From a virus, in IMG/VR virus record IMGVR_UViG_3300048089_000161: 54,450 nt of DNA; one strand, written 5' to 3'. Below the pieces are notes generated by a model. It was not told where the DNA came from. It ran no database searches and saw only the letters and a program-made list of their open reading frames with translations. This document shows positions 35,079-42,668 of this stretch, piece after piece. Position numbers and translations under genes: made by a program. The first letter of the stretch is position 1. Every line of letters begins with the position of its first letter.

Positions 35079-35876
35079 ATGGTCGCCGCGATCTCGCCGC
35101 AGACCCTGATCGAACTCGGCCAGCAAGAGGCCGCGATCAAGTACCAAGAGGACTACTCGGCTGGCACGTGGACGAACCTCAACCGGTACGCGAAGGAAAC
35201 GCCCGGCATGGCGAGCTACGACGGGCAGTCGTGGTGCGTGATCGGGTTGCTGTGGCTCGCGTACCGGGCGGGTGACATCACGATCATGCCGCAGACCCCG
35301 GCGTGCGACGTCTGCGTCACGACGTACCAGTCTTGGAACCGGTGGTCATGGTTCCCGGCCGTCGGTGCGCAGGTCATGCTCGGCACGTCCGGTCAAGATC
35401 ACACCGGTCTCGTGTACCGGTACAGCGCTACTCAGATCTGGACGATCGAATTCAACAGCAACAACACCGGAGCAGCCGAGGGCGACGGCGTGTACCTGCG
35501 GGTGCGCAACAGGAGCGACGCCAACGTGTACGGCTACGGGTACCCCAAGTACGCCGCGCCGATGATCACGGCTGATCCGAACTGGGTCGACGACGCGTCG
35601 CTGATCAAGACCTCGTCGGGCACCGCCGCCGCCTACAGCCCTTATCCCGGACAGGACTGGTTCAAGGTCGGCCGTACCTCCCCGATGGTGCTCGTCGCAG
35701 CGAAACGTCTCGTCACCGTGGGCGCCGGCTCGTACACCCCGACCGCCGACATCGGCTCGGGCGACCTCACCGCGTGGGGCAACTGGCACGTCACGTGCGG
35801 ATCGCCCGGCGGCGCGTACGCCGGATACCCCAACGAAACGATCTGGCGAGCGCTGCAGGTGCCCCACAGCCACTGA
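35079..35876 (+). CDS. CHAP-domain peptidoglycan hydrolase (lysin 1)
   Basis: Catalytic Cys context 'GQSWCVIGLLW' and His context 'GQDHTGLVYRY'. Confidence 0.7.
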   Translation: MVAAISPQTLIELGQQEAAIKYQEDYSAGTWTNLNRYAKETPGMASYDGQSWCVIGLLWLAYRAGDITIMPQTPACDVCVTTYQSWNRWSWFPAVGAQVMLGTSGQDHTGLVYRYSATQIWTIEFNSNNTGAAEGDGVYLRVRNRSDANVYGYGYPKYAAPMITADPNWVDDASLIKTSSGTAAAYSPYPGQDWFKVGRTSPMVLVAAKRLVTVGAGSYTPTADIGSGDLTAWGNWHVTCGSPGGAYAGYPNETIWRALQVPHSH

Positions 35877-35903
35877 CCCCGCGGCCCAACTGCCGCACTC
35901 CGC

Positions 35904-35935
35904 ACGCCCCGAGCCGACCCGGCCGGGGCGTTTCT
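35904..35935 (+). terminator. Intrinsic terminator-like hairpin
   Basis: acgccccg (35904-35911) pairs with cggggcgt (35924-35931), followed by ttctc. Confidence 0.55.
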
Positions 35936-35961
35936 CATGCCCGAACAGAGAGGGCTCACCC

Positions 35962-36240
35962 ATGGGTGACACAGCACGGCCGATCCCCGAGCGGCTCGGC
36001 GATCAGGAAGACCAGGCGGCGCACCTCGTGCGCACCGGCAACGGCCCGACGGTCGAGGACGAGCAGCGGCTACTCGCCGAGCAGTTCGGCGCTCCGGACA
36101 TGGCCGGGTTCTACGTCGGGCCCGGTCTGGCCGACGGACTCACCGGCACAGCGGCCGACCAGGACGACGAGCCCGAGCCGGCCGTCGACGAGGGCGACGC
36201 CCCGGCCGCGGACACCGCGAAGGGGGGCGAGTCCGCATGA
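35962..36240 (+). CDS. Hypothetical acidic protein (92 aa)
   Basis: ORF with an ATG start, coupled (ATGA) to the downstream lysin. Confidence 0.55.
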   Translation: MGDTARPIPERLGDQEDQAAHLVRTGNGPTVEDEQRLLAEQFGAPDMAGFYVGPGLADGLTGTAADQDDEPEPAVDEGDAPAADTAKGGESA

Positions 36241-37052
36241 GCGTCGACACGATGATCGCGCAGGTGGAGCGCTGGATAGGGACCGGCGAGCCGAACGAGA
36301 TTCAGTCGTGGTACCGGGCCCGGAACGGCGCGGCGTACTCCGGCAACTTTGCTTGGTGCGACGCCACGATCACCCGCGCCGCCGTCGACTCGGGCGAGCA
36401 TGACGCGGTGTGCTTCGGGACCGACTTCGCGTACACCGTGGCGCACGCGCAGCGATTCAAGGAAGCGGGCGCCTGGCACGCCATGACCAATGGGATCAAG
36501 GCGAGCGGGATCCGTCGCGGCGACATCATCTTTTTCGACTGGGACGGGTCGAGCGAGATCGGCAAGATCGATCACGTCGGGATCGTCACGGGCGTCTCGG
36601 CCAACTATCAGTACGTGTTCACGATCGAGGGGAACACGAACAACGTCTGCGCGCGCAGGGCGAGGGTCGTGCACGACATCGCCGGGTTCGGCCGCCCGAA
36701 GTACAAGACGCCGCCGAAGTCGACCAGCACGAGCGGCAGTTCGGGCTCGAAGCGGCCGGTCGTGTCTCTCTCGAAACTGATCGCGGCGTTCAAGAAGGAC
36801 GCCCCGAAGAAGGGCACGCCGGTCTCGTACGAGCCGGCGATCTACGTCGAGAACGCGCTCGTCGCCGAGAAGCTGCTCGCGAAGCAGTACGCCGATGGGC
36901 ACGCCGGCACGGCCACCCGCAGCGGCTACAGCCTGTGGCAGCAGCGGTGCGGGTTCCACGGGACGCAGCCGGGCGGCGACGCCGACGGCACGCCCGGCAT
37001 GACGACGCTCAAGCGGCTCGGGCAGAAGCACGGGTTCGACGTCGTCGCCTGA
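36237..37052 (+). CDS. Endolysin: CHAP/NlpC-like amidase domain plus a C-terminal peptidoglycan-binding domain (lysin 2)
   Basis: 'GNFAWCDATITRAA' (Cys), 'KIDHVGIVTG' (His) and a C-terminal 'DADGTPGMTTLKRLGQKHGF' PG_binding_1-like repeat. Confidence 0.8.
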   Translation: MSVDTMIAQVERWIGTGEPNEIQSWYRARNGAAYSGNFAWCDATITRAAVDSGEHDAVCFGTDFAYTVAHAQRFKEAGAWHAMTNGIKASGIRRGDIIFFDWDGSSEIGKIDHVGIVTGVSANYQYVFTIEGNTNNVCARRARVVHDIAGFGRPKYKTPPKSTSTSGSSGSKRPVVSLSKLIAAFKKDAPKKGTPVSYEPAIYVENALVAEKLLAKQYADGHAGTATRSGYSLWQQRCGFHGTQPGGDADGTPGMTTLKRLGQKHGFDVVA

Positions 37053-37057
37053 CCGTT

Positions 37058-37083
37058 GCCCGGCCGCCGTTGGGCGGCCGGGC
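37058..37083 (+). terminator. Perfect 11-bp-stem hairpin between the lysin and holin-like genes
   Basis: gcccggccgcc, then gttg, then ggcggccgggc. Confidence 0.5.
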
Positions 37084-37111
37084 TCACCCACCATCGAAAG
37101 GGGGCCGGCTC

Positions 37112-37432
37112 ATGACGACCGGTCTGTTTGTCTCCGCCATGCGCACGGGCGTCCCGCTCGTCGCCGGTTGGCTGCTCACCCTCGCCGTGCGCGCGGGCGT
37201 CGAGATCGACTCGGCGACCGTCGTCGGCGCCGTGACCGTCGCGATCGCGCTCGGGTACTACCTCGTGTTCAGGCTGCTCGAAGTGGTCGGCGAGCGACTG
37301 CCGGGAACCTTCCTGCAGAACCTCGCCGGGCTGTTCCTCGGGTGGGCGCGGCCGCCGGCCTACCCCAAGTTCGAGGCGCTCGAACCGGTCGACGGCGCGC
37401 GATACCTCGGCGGCGACTCGACCAGCGGGTGA
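37112..37432 (+). CDS. Holin-like membrane protein
   Basis: 106 aa with two or three TM helices (GVPLVAGWLLTLAV; VVGAVTVAIALGYYLVF), downstream of the lysins. Confidence 0.65.
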   Translation: MTTGLFVSAMRTGVPLVAGWLLTLAVRAGVEIDSATVVGAVTVAIALGYYLVFRLLEVVGERLPGTFLQNLAGLFLGWARPPAYPKFEALEPVDGARYLGGDSTSG

Positions 37433-37483
37433 CACCGGCCTAACGGCTGTGGACACACCCCACTGCACAACCGGAGGAAGCGC

Positions 37484-37816
37484 GTGGACGCTGCGACGCT
37501 CGGCGCCGTCGGAACCATCGTCGTCGGGCTCGCAGCGGCCGCGGCCGCCATCGTCGGGCAGCGGGGCGCGAACCGCGCCTCGCAGTCCGGCGCCGTGCTC
37601 GGCGGGTACTCGACGCTCGTCGACAACCTGCAGGAAGAGCGCGACAAGCTCGGCCGACAACTCGCCGAGAACGAAGTGAAGTTGGCCGCGGCGTACGCCG
37701 AACTCGCCAGTGAGCGCGCCAACAAGGCAGCGCTGCAGGGGCAGATCACGACACTCACGACCGAGAACACGCTGCTGCGCGAACGGATCGTCGAGCTTGG
37801 AGGGCAACCCACGTGA
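37484..37816 (+). CDS. Membrane-anchored coiled-coil protein (lysis-cassette accessory)
   Basis: GTG start. An N-terminal TM '[19 protein letters not shown]' is followed by a heptad-like coiled coil. Confidence 0.6.
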   Translation: MDAATLGAVGTIVVGLAAAAAAIVGQRGANRASQSGAVLGGYSTLVDNLQEERDKLGRQLAENEVKLAAAYAELASERANKAALQGQITTLTTENTLLRERIVELGGQPT

Positions 37817-38493
37817 AGCGCCGTCATGCTCAGCCGATCCTCGCGCAGCGGTGGCGGTCGCTCGCGGTCGCCGCCGTGCTGCTCGTACTGTCGGGCGCCG
37901 TCATCCTGGTGTGGCTGCGGATCGATGCCGAGGCGAACCGTGCCAACGCGCTCGCCGCCGAGGCGAACCTGCGGGGCGACGCCGTCTCGACGCTCGCAGG
38001 CGACGTGCGAGTGCTGCGGGCGCAGATCAAGGCCGACGGCAAGACGCCGGCCGCCCCGGATCCGGCCCGGGCTGTCGACGATCTGCCCGCTCGGGCCGAG
38101 GTGCCCGTACCGATCCCCGGTCCAGCGGGACCCCGCGGGCCGCAGGGCGAGCCCGGCAAGCCAGCACCCACGATCACGCCGTCGCCCGGACAGTCCGGCG
38201 CGCAGGGTGAGCCCGGCGCCACGGTGACCGGCCCGCCCGGAGCGACCGGACCGGTCGGCCCTGCGGGACCCGCCGGCCCGCCGGGCAACAACGGCACGGA
38301 CGGAAAGAACGGGACGGACGGCCGCGACGGGCAGACCTGCCCCGACGGGTACGCCCTGCAGGCACCGTCATGGGATCCCGACGCGCTCGTCTGCAGGCGC
38401 GACGGCACACCGCAGCCGAGCGATCCGTCGCCGAGTCCGACCTCGTCACAGTTGCTGCTCGGTCTGCCCGCCGAGCGCCGCCGCATCGCGTGA
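37813..38493 (+). CDS. Membrane-anchored protein with collagen-like G-X-Y repeats
   Basis: GTGA overlap. It has a TM '[19 protein letters not shown]', then '[15 protein letters not shown]...[34 protein letters not shown]'. Confidence 0.7.
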   Translation: MKRRHAQPILAQRWRSLAVAAVLLVLSGAVILVWLRIDAEANRANALAAEANLRGDAVSTLAGDVRVLRAQIKADGKTPAAPDPARAVDDLPARAEVPVPIPGPAGPRGPQGEPGKPAPTITPSPGQSGAQGEPGATVTGPPGATGPVGPAGPAGPPGNNGTDGKNGTDGRDGQTCPDGYALQAPSWDPDALVCRRDGTPQPSDPSPSPTSSQLLLGLPAERRRIA

Positions 38494-38500
38494 CAGCACT

Positions 38501-38536
38501 GCGCCCCTGTCTGGCCTCACGGCCGGGCAGGGGCGC
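38501..38536 (+). terminator. Terminator hairpin ending the late operon
   Basis: gcgcccctg (38501-38509) pairs with caggggcgc (38528-38536), plus inner pairing. Confidence 0.6.
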
Positions 38537-38559
38537 CTCTGTCGTTCCTCAACGTGACT

Positions 38560-38591
38560 GCGCCCCCCGCAACTTCAGCCGCGGGGGGCGC
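38560..38591. terminator. Second perfect 11-bp-stem hairpin, upstream of the XRE/TPR gene
   Basis: gcgccccccgc (38560-38570) pairs with gcggggggcgc (38581-38591). Confidence 0.5.
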
Positions 38592-38636
38592 ATTCGGCGT
38601 ACCGTTCTGAGTGCGACCAGAGAACGGAGTACCAGT

Positions 38637-39875
38637 ATGCCTCTCAGCACCGACGAGCACATCGGGACCCGCGTGAAGATTGCCCGGCAGGCAGCGGGCC
38701 TAACGCAAGCCGAGATGGCTGGGCTCCTCGCTCACACTGAGTCGTGGCTCGCGAACGTCGAGGCGGGCAGGATGCCGCTCGACCGCTACTCGCTGATCAC
38801 TGCAATCGCAGATCTGTGCGACGTCGACGTCGTATGGCTGCTCGGGCAGCCGTACAGGCTGCAGCGCAGCGGCGGGAACCTCGCGCACGCCCACATTCCA
38901 GCCATGCGCACCGGGCTCCGACGTACCGGACTCATCCTCTCTGGGCACCCTGGGCTCGCTCCGACGGGCGCCCCGGTGGATCTGGCCGACTTGCACAAGC
39001 GCTCGCGGAAGGCGAACGCAGCGCGGCAGGCAGCCGATCTCCCCGCCGTCGCAACGCTGCTGCCGGGAATGATCGAGGATCTCAACACAGCCCTTCTGCA
39101 GGACAGCGGCCGCGACGACGCGCTGCGCCTCATGGTGGACGCAGCCCGGACCGCCCGCATGTGCCTCAACCAACTCGGGTACCCCGATCTTGCGTGGGTC
39201 GCCGCCGAGGTCGGGGCCGGCGCCGCAACCGAACTCGACGACCCCCTCGTCAAAGCCGCTGTCGCATGGGACCGGTGCGGCGCACTACTGCATCAGGCCT
39301 CCCTACCTGAAGCCGTGGCTGTCGCCGAGGCGGCGCTGCGCGATCTCGAACCGCTCGCGTCGATGGGCAACCCGCAGCACGAGGCACTGTCGCTGCGGGG
39401 AGCGCTGCACCTGCGGGCGGCAATCGCGCACGCCCGAGGTGGTCAGGGCGTCGACGCGTGGTCGCGCATCAGCGCCGCTTTGGAAGATGCCGACCGGCTC
39501 GGAACAGGGTTCTACGACCTCGACAACCACACTGTGTTCGGCCGCGGAACTGTCGCCGTGCACGCCGCCGAGGCAGGTGTCGAGGTCGACCAGCCCGACA
39601 CCGGACTGAACAAGGTCAAGGGCGTGAAGGTCGACGAAGTGCCCAGCAAGGAACGCCAGACGCACTACAAGATCGACAAGGCGCGGGCCTACGAACGGAT
39701 GGGTCGCCGTCCGGCCGCCGTGGCGACGCTGCGTCAGGCAGCAAGCGATGCCCCGTACTACGTCCACGCGGACCCGATGGCCCGCGCGTTGGTCTCGAAC
39801 CTCGCGAGGGTCGGCGTTCCATCTCAAGCTGCAGCGCTGTCGTCCCTGATCAGGAACATGGAACTCGTCCACTGA
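38637..39875 (+). CDS. XRE-family HTH regulator with a large alpha-helical (TPR-like) C-terminal domain
   Basis: N-terminus 'IGTRVKIARQAAGLTQAEMAGLLAHTESWLANVEAGR' is a Cro/C1-type HTH. The remaining ~330 aa are helical-repeat-like. The ATG at 38637 follows an agaacggag RBS. Confidence 0.8.
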   Translation: MPLSTDEHIGTRVKIARQAAGLTQAEMAGLLAHTESWLANVEAGRMPLDRYSLITAIADLCDVDVVWLLGQPYRLQRSGGNLAHAHIPAMRTGLRRTGLILSGHPGLAPTGAPVDLADLHKRSRKANAARQAADLPAVATLLPGMIEDLNTALLQDSGRDDALRLMVDAARTARMCLNQLGYPDLAWVAAEVGAGAATELDDPLVKAAVAWDRCGALLHQASLPEAVAVAEAALRDLEPLASMGNPQHEALSLRGALHLRAAIAHARGGQGVDAWSRISAALEDADRLGTGFYDLDNHTVFGRGTVAVHAAEAGVEVDQPDTGLNKVKGVKVDEVPSKERQTHYKIDKARAYERMGRRPAAVATLRQAASDAPYYVHADPMARALVSNLARVGVPSQAAALSSLIRNMELVH

Positions 39876-39898
39876 TCGGTGCTCAACTCCCCCTCGAA

Positions 39899-39925
39899 AG
39901 CGCCCCCTAGGAAATCTAGGGGGCG
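39899..39925 (+). terminator. Perfect 11-bp-stem hairpin directly after the XRE/TPR gene
   Basis: gcgccccctag, then gaaat, then ctagggggcgc. Confidence 0.55.
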
Positions 39926-39993
39926 CGGTCGCTCACACGGTGCACGCTCAAGAGCCACGCTCCGTAAGCGAGAGATCACACGAGGGAAGTCAG

Positions 39994-40563
39994 ATGGAAG
40001 CCATCGACGCCCGACGCCCGGTCGACGCTGCGCGCATCTACCTGCGCGCCTTCAACTGGCCGATCGCGTTAGGCCACCGCTACCGGCCTCGGGCCGGCTG
40101 TACGTGCGAGAACATCGAGTGCCCCACACCCGGTGCTCACCCACTGCCCGGACCCTTCACACCCATCCCCGCCGACGACATCGAGGCGACCCTCGACACC
40201 GCGCCCGGTGCCGGAATCATCGCCGCGTGCGCCGCGTTCGACGCCCTCGTTATGCCGCGCTGGCTGGGACTGGCAACCATGGTCCCGCTCGACCGAGTGA
40301 GCCCCGTACCGTTCATCGACTGCGGTGCGTACTGCGCGTTGCTCGTACTGCCGTCCACTGGCCGCTACGCGCTCGGCGAGCAACCGCCGGCGGCAGTCAC
40401 GTTGCGAACATCCGCGCAGCAGTGGGTCGCTCTGCCACCGACGCACGGGACCCGCTGGGACCCGCCGCCTTGGCAGGAACAGACCGGCGTACGACTCCCG
40501 TTGCTGCATGGCGGTGACGTAGGTCGGCACATGCTCGCCGCTCTGAACCACGTGGGGGCATGA
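39994..40563 (+). CDS. Cassette gene 1: Prim-Pol-like N-terminal domain protein with degenerate catalytic motifs
   Basis: The ATG follows a cgagggaag RBS. 'AARIYLRAFNWPIALGHRY...CTCENIECPTPGAHP' resembles actinobacterial bifunctional primase/polymerase N-domains. The expected DxD position reads 'FDALVMP'. Confidence 0.55.
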   Translation: MEAIDARRPVDAARIYLRAFNWPIALGHRYRPRAGCTCENIECPTPGAHPLPGPFTPIPADDIEATLDTAPGAGIIAACAAFDALVMPRWLGLATMVPLDRVSPVPFIDCGAYCALLVLPSTGRYALGEQPPAAVTLRTSAQQWVALPPTHGTRWDPPPWQEQTGVRLPLLHGGDVGRHMLAALNHVGA

Positions 40564-41012
40564 TGAGTGCTCACGAAGATCACAATCTCGACTGGATCAG
40601 GGACAGCGGCGCGAGCGTGACGCAGACCCTCACGCGATGGGCCGAGGGAGGGCTCGCCGCGCTGCCCGTAGGCAAGGGATGGGACGTCGTCCGCATGGAC
40701 CGGCCGCACGGGTGGCGCACCGTGCAAGCCCTACGCAATGCGGGCGCCAAGATCGGGCCCGTCCTGCATAACGCCGACCATGTCGACGTGTTCGTGCCGG
40801 TCGGTTCGGTCGAGGATTGGGACCAAGAGGGCGCGAGGGTCGTCGCCAAGGGCGACAAGCTGCACGTACCACCACCCGCCGTCGTCGCCCCGCACACGCG
40901 GATCGCCCGCTCGTGGATCGTCCCTCCGGGCACGACGCTCACGGACGGCACGGCGCTGTACGAGGCGTACGCGGCCGCCAGCGCGAGCATGGCCATGGAC
41001 GGCAACCGATGA
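40560..41012 (+). CDS. Cassette gene 2: hypothetical protein (150 aa), distantly Prim-Pol-N-like
   Basis: ATGA-coupled. It contains 'GLAALPVGKGWDVVRMDRPHG...GPVLHNADHVDVFVPVGS'. Confidence 0.55.
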   Translation: MMSAHEDHNLDWIRDSGASVTQTLTRWAEGGLAALPVGKGWDVVRMDRPHGWRTVQALRNAGAKIGPVLHNADHVDVFVPVGSVEDWDQEGARVVAKGDKLHVPPPAVVAPHTRIARSWIVPPGTTLTDGTALYEAYAAASASMAMDGNR

Positions 41013-41500
41013 CCGCCGAGACCATGGTCACCGGGGCTGTGCCCCTCGCGACGCTCATGTCGGTCAACGTCCGCACGTGGCTGGACCACACAGATGCGGG
41101 CGAGCCGATCCCCTGTCTGATGCTCACCTGCTCGGCGCCGCAGTTCGACGAGGCCGACCCGGCCGCCATCGAGGCCAACATGCGACAGGTGGTGCAGTCG
41201 CTCGGCGCCGTCCCAGCCGGCGGCGAGTCGGTGCCCGACGTCGGCGTGCGACTGACGATCAACGGCGGCGTGGCTCGGCTGTGGTTTCTGGAGAGCGGCT
41301 ACGCGCTCAAAGTGCCGCACCCCAGATGGGTACGCGGACTCAAAGACTGCGGCGGCGCGCTGCTCGTGGTCGGGCTCGACGAGCTGTCGCAAGTCGCGTC
41401 AGTGGCCGAGGTCGACGAATACCGGGCGAACGCCCGTGCAGGCGGGCGTCTGTACCTCGCCCTCGCCCACCTCGGCCGCCCCGTTGGGGGTGCCTTGTGA
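41009..41500 (+). CDS. Cassette gene 3: hypothetical protein (163 aa)
   Basis: ATGA-coupled. No motif was recognised. Confidence 0.55.
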   Translation: MTAETMVTGAVPLATLMSVNVRTWLDHTDAGEPIPCLMLTCSAPQFDEADPAAIEANMRQVVQSLGAVPAGGESVPDVGVRLTINGGVARLWFLESGYALKVPHPRWVRGLKDCGGALLVVGLDELSQVASVAEVDEYRANARAGGRLYLALAHLGRPVGGAL

Positions 41501-42132
41501 AGGAAGCACCGGCGCGGCCCGACGTCGTGCCGTTCATCGCGCCATGGAGCGGCGAGCAGTCTCACAGGCGCAAAATGATCTACTCGGCGCGGGGCGGGAT
41601 CGCGTTCGCCGACGAGACGCCCGAGGACCGCGACCAATACGGCGTGCTCTGGAACGGCCGCGCCCTGGCGCAGGGCACAGGGCGCCCGGAGTACGCCAAC
41701 GTGCACCCGATGCGGCAGCGCGTAGCGATGGAATACCACTTGTGTCAGGTGTGCGGGGGGTCCGCCGACCGCAACTCTGACGGCATGTTGTGGCTGCTCG
41801 AAGACGACCGGGCCGCATACAAGGGTTGGCCGAACGACCTGCTCACGACGCACCCCCCGGTCTGCCTGCCGTGCGCGGGCAAGGCGGTCGAGCAGTGCCA
41901 TCACCTCGCCGGCAGCAGCGTCGCCGTGCGCGTCCGCGAGAGCGAGGTGTGTGGGGTGTACGGGCGCGTCTGGTCGCCCTCGGCGTTCGGATATCCGGTG
42001 CGGACCGCCGTCAAGGATGTAGCCGCGTACGGCACGACTGCCTCGCGCTGGATGCTCGCGGGGCAGCTCGTGCGCTCCCTGCACGGCTGCACGTTCGTCG
42101 ACCTGCAGCGCGAAGTCGCGCGTTCCCGATGA
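41497..42132 (+). CDS. Cassette gene 4: hypothetical Cys-cluster protein (211 aa)
   Basis: GTGA-coupled. 'CQVCGGSA...PPVCLPCAGKAVEQCHH' suggests a zinc site. Confidence 0.55.
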   Translation: MKEAPARPDVVPFIAPWSGEQSHRRKMIYSARGGIAFADETPEDRDQYGVLWNGRALAQGTGRPEYANVHPMRQRVAMEYHLCQVCGGSADRNSDGMLWLLEDDRAAYKGWPNDLLTTHPPVCLPCAGKAVEQCHHLAGSSVAVRVRESEVCGVYGRVWSPSAFGYPVRTAVKDVAAYGTTASRWMLAGQLVRSLHGCTFVDLQREVARSR

Positions 42133-42434
42133 CAGGGTCACCCGGCGGTCGACGTTCCCCCGAGTTTCCCGTCGGGTGGCCCGCACGATGGTTCGAATGT
42201 AGGTTCGAATCAGGTCAACGTGTTTGGCATATGCACCAATCGGGGGATCACCCCCCAGCGCCCGTTAGCGACGGCTAGACGGCGCCCCCGGACGGGCGCG
42301 GCAGGTTCCTCACGCGCGAGGTCCCGTTCCGTCCAAAGCGCGGAGTCGCGCCCTGACCGCCCCGGCTGCCCCGTAAGGTGGCGCCGGGGCGGGCTCCGTT
42401 CGGGGGCTGAGATCGCGTCAAAGTTCCAAGAATC

Positions 42435-42450
42435 TCAGGCCAAGCGCCTT
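42435..42450 (+). repeat. attP arm-type repeat TCAGGCCAAGCGCCTT, copy 1
   Basis: Perfect 16-bp direct repeat of 42620-42635. Its core GGCCAAGCGC is also present inverted at 42522-42531. Confidence 0.7.
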
Positions 42451-42514
42451 TCTTTAGTCTGGTCTGAGCCGACCAGCAAAGACGCAGGTAAGCACATCGC
42501 TAAACCTCGTACAC

Positions 42515-42556
42515 CTTCTAAGCGCTTGGCCGCAGGTTCGAGTCCTGCCGGGGGCG
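42515..42556 (+). other. attP core: 3' half of a tRNA-Arg(UCU)-like sequence (anticodon loop to discriminator). It is not a complete tRNA gene.
   Basis: cttctaa (loop, anticodon TCT), gcgct, tggcc, gcagg-ttcgagt-cctgc (T arm), cgggggc (3' acceptor strand), g. No complementary 5' acceptor strand (gcccccg) or D arm lies upstream. Confidence 0.6.
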
Positions 42557-42568
42557 CCCAACCTGTCT

Positions 42569-42593
42569 GACCAGCGGAAACGCTGGTCTTTTT
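42569..42593 (+). terminator. Rho-independent terminator just downstream of the tRNA-like core
   Basis: gaccagcg, then gaaa, then cgctggtc, followed by ttttt. Confidence 0.8.
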
Positions 42594-42619
42594 CATTTCC
42601 CTCCCTGCGCACATCGCTA

Positions 42620-42635
42620 TCAGGCCAAGCGCCTT
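42620..42635 (+). repeat. attP arm-type repeat TCAGGCCAAGCGCCTT, copy 2, preceded by the 11-bp repeat GCACATCGCTA (42609-42619, also at 42492-42502)
   Basis: Direct reading. Confidence 0.7.
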
Positions 42636-42638
42636 GAC

Positions 42639-42656
42639 TGTCCACGATCGTGGGCA
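42639..42656. promoter_or_regulatory. Operator O-int: TGTCCACGATCGTGGGCA, 13 nt upstream of the integrase ATG
   Basis: Same 18-mer as at 44695-44712, with the 12-bp perfect palindrome CCACGATCGTGG at its centre. Confidence 0.7.
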
Positions 42657-42668
42657 CATCGTATTCTC

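Noticed and set aside
42190-42210. Tandem GGTTCGAAT (42190-42198 and 42202-42210), resembling tRNA T-loops.
   Set aside because: The flanking bases do not form T stems or any cloverleaf. It is probably a short direct repeat, or a relic, in the non-coding stretch upstream of attP.
42359-42390. Hairpin gccccggc...gccggggc downstream of cassette gene 4, considered as a terminator.
   Set aside because: The loop is 16 nt and there is no U-tract. It is plausible but not supportable without transcript 3'-end data.
42400-42560. Possible complete tRNA or tmRNA gene. The region has a GGGGGCTGA-like 5' start, a long GGCCAAGCGC/GCGCTTGGCC helix, a perfect T arm and an acceptor-like 3' end.
   Set aside because: The 3' acceptor strand CGGGGGC has no complementary GCCCCCG anywhere in the preceding ~150 nt. 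The upstream 'cgggggc' at 42401 is a direct copy, not a complementary one. No D arm, tag-peptide reading frame or pseudoknot pattern could be traced. It is better explained as an attP core (tRNA 3' half) with arm repeats.
42634-42667. An int promoter formed by TTGACT (42634-42639) and TATTCT (42662-42667).
   Set aside because: The spacing is 22 nt, and the -10 candidate would place the transcription start at or beyond the ATG at 42669. I kept only the operator call.
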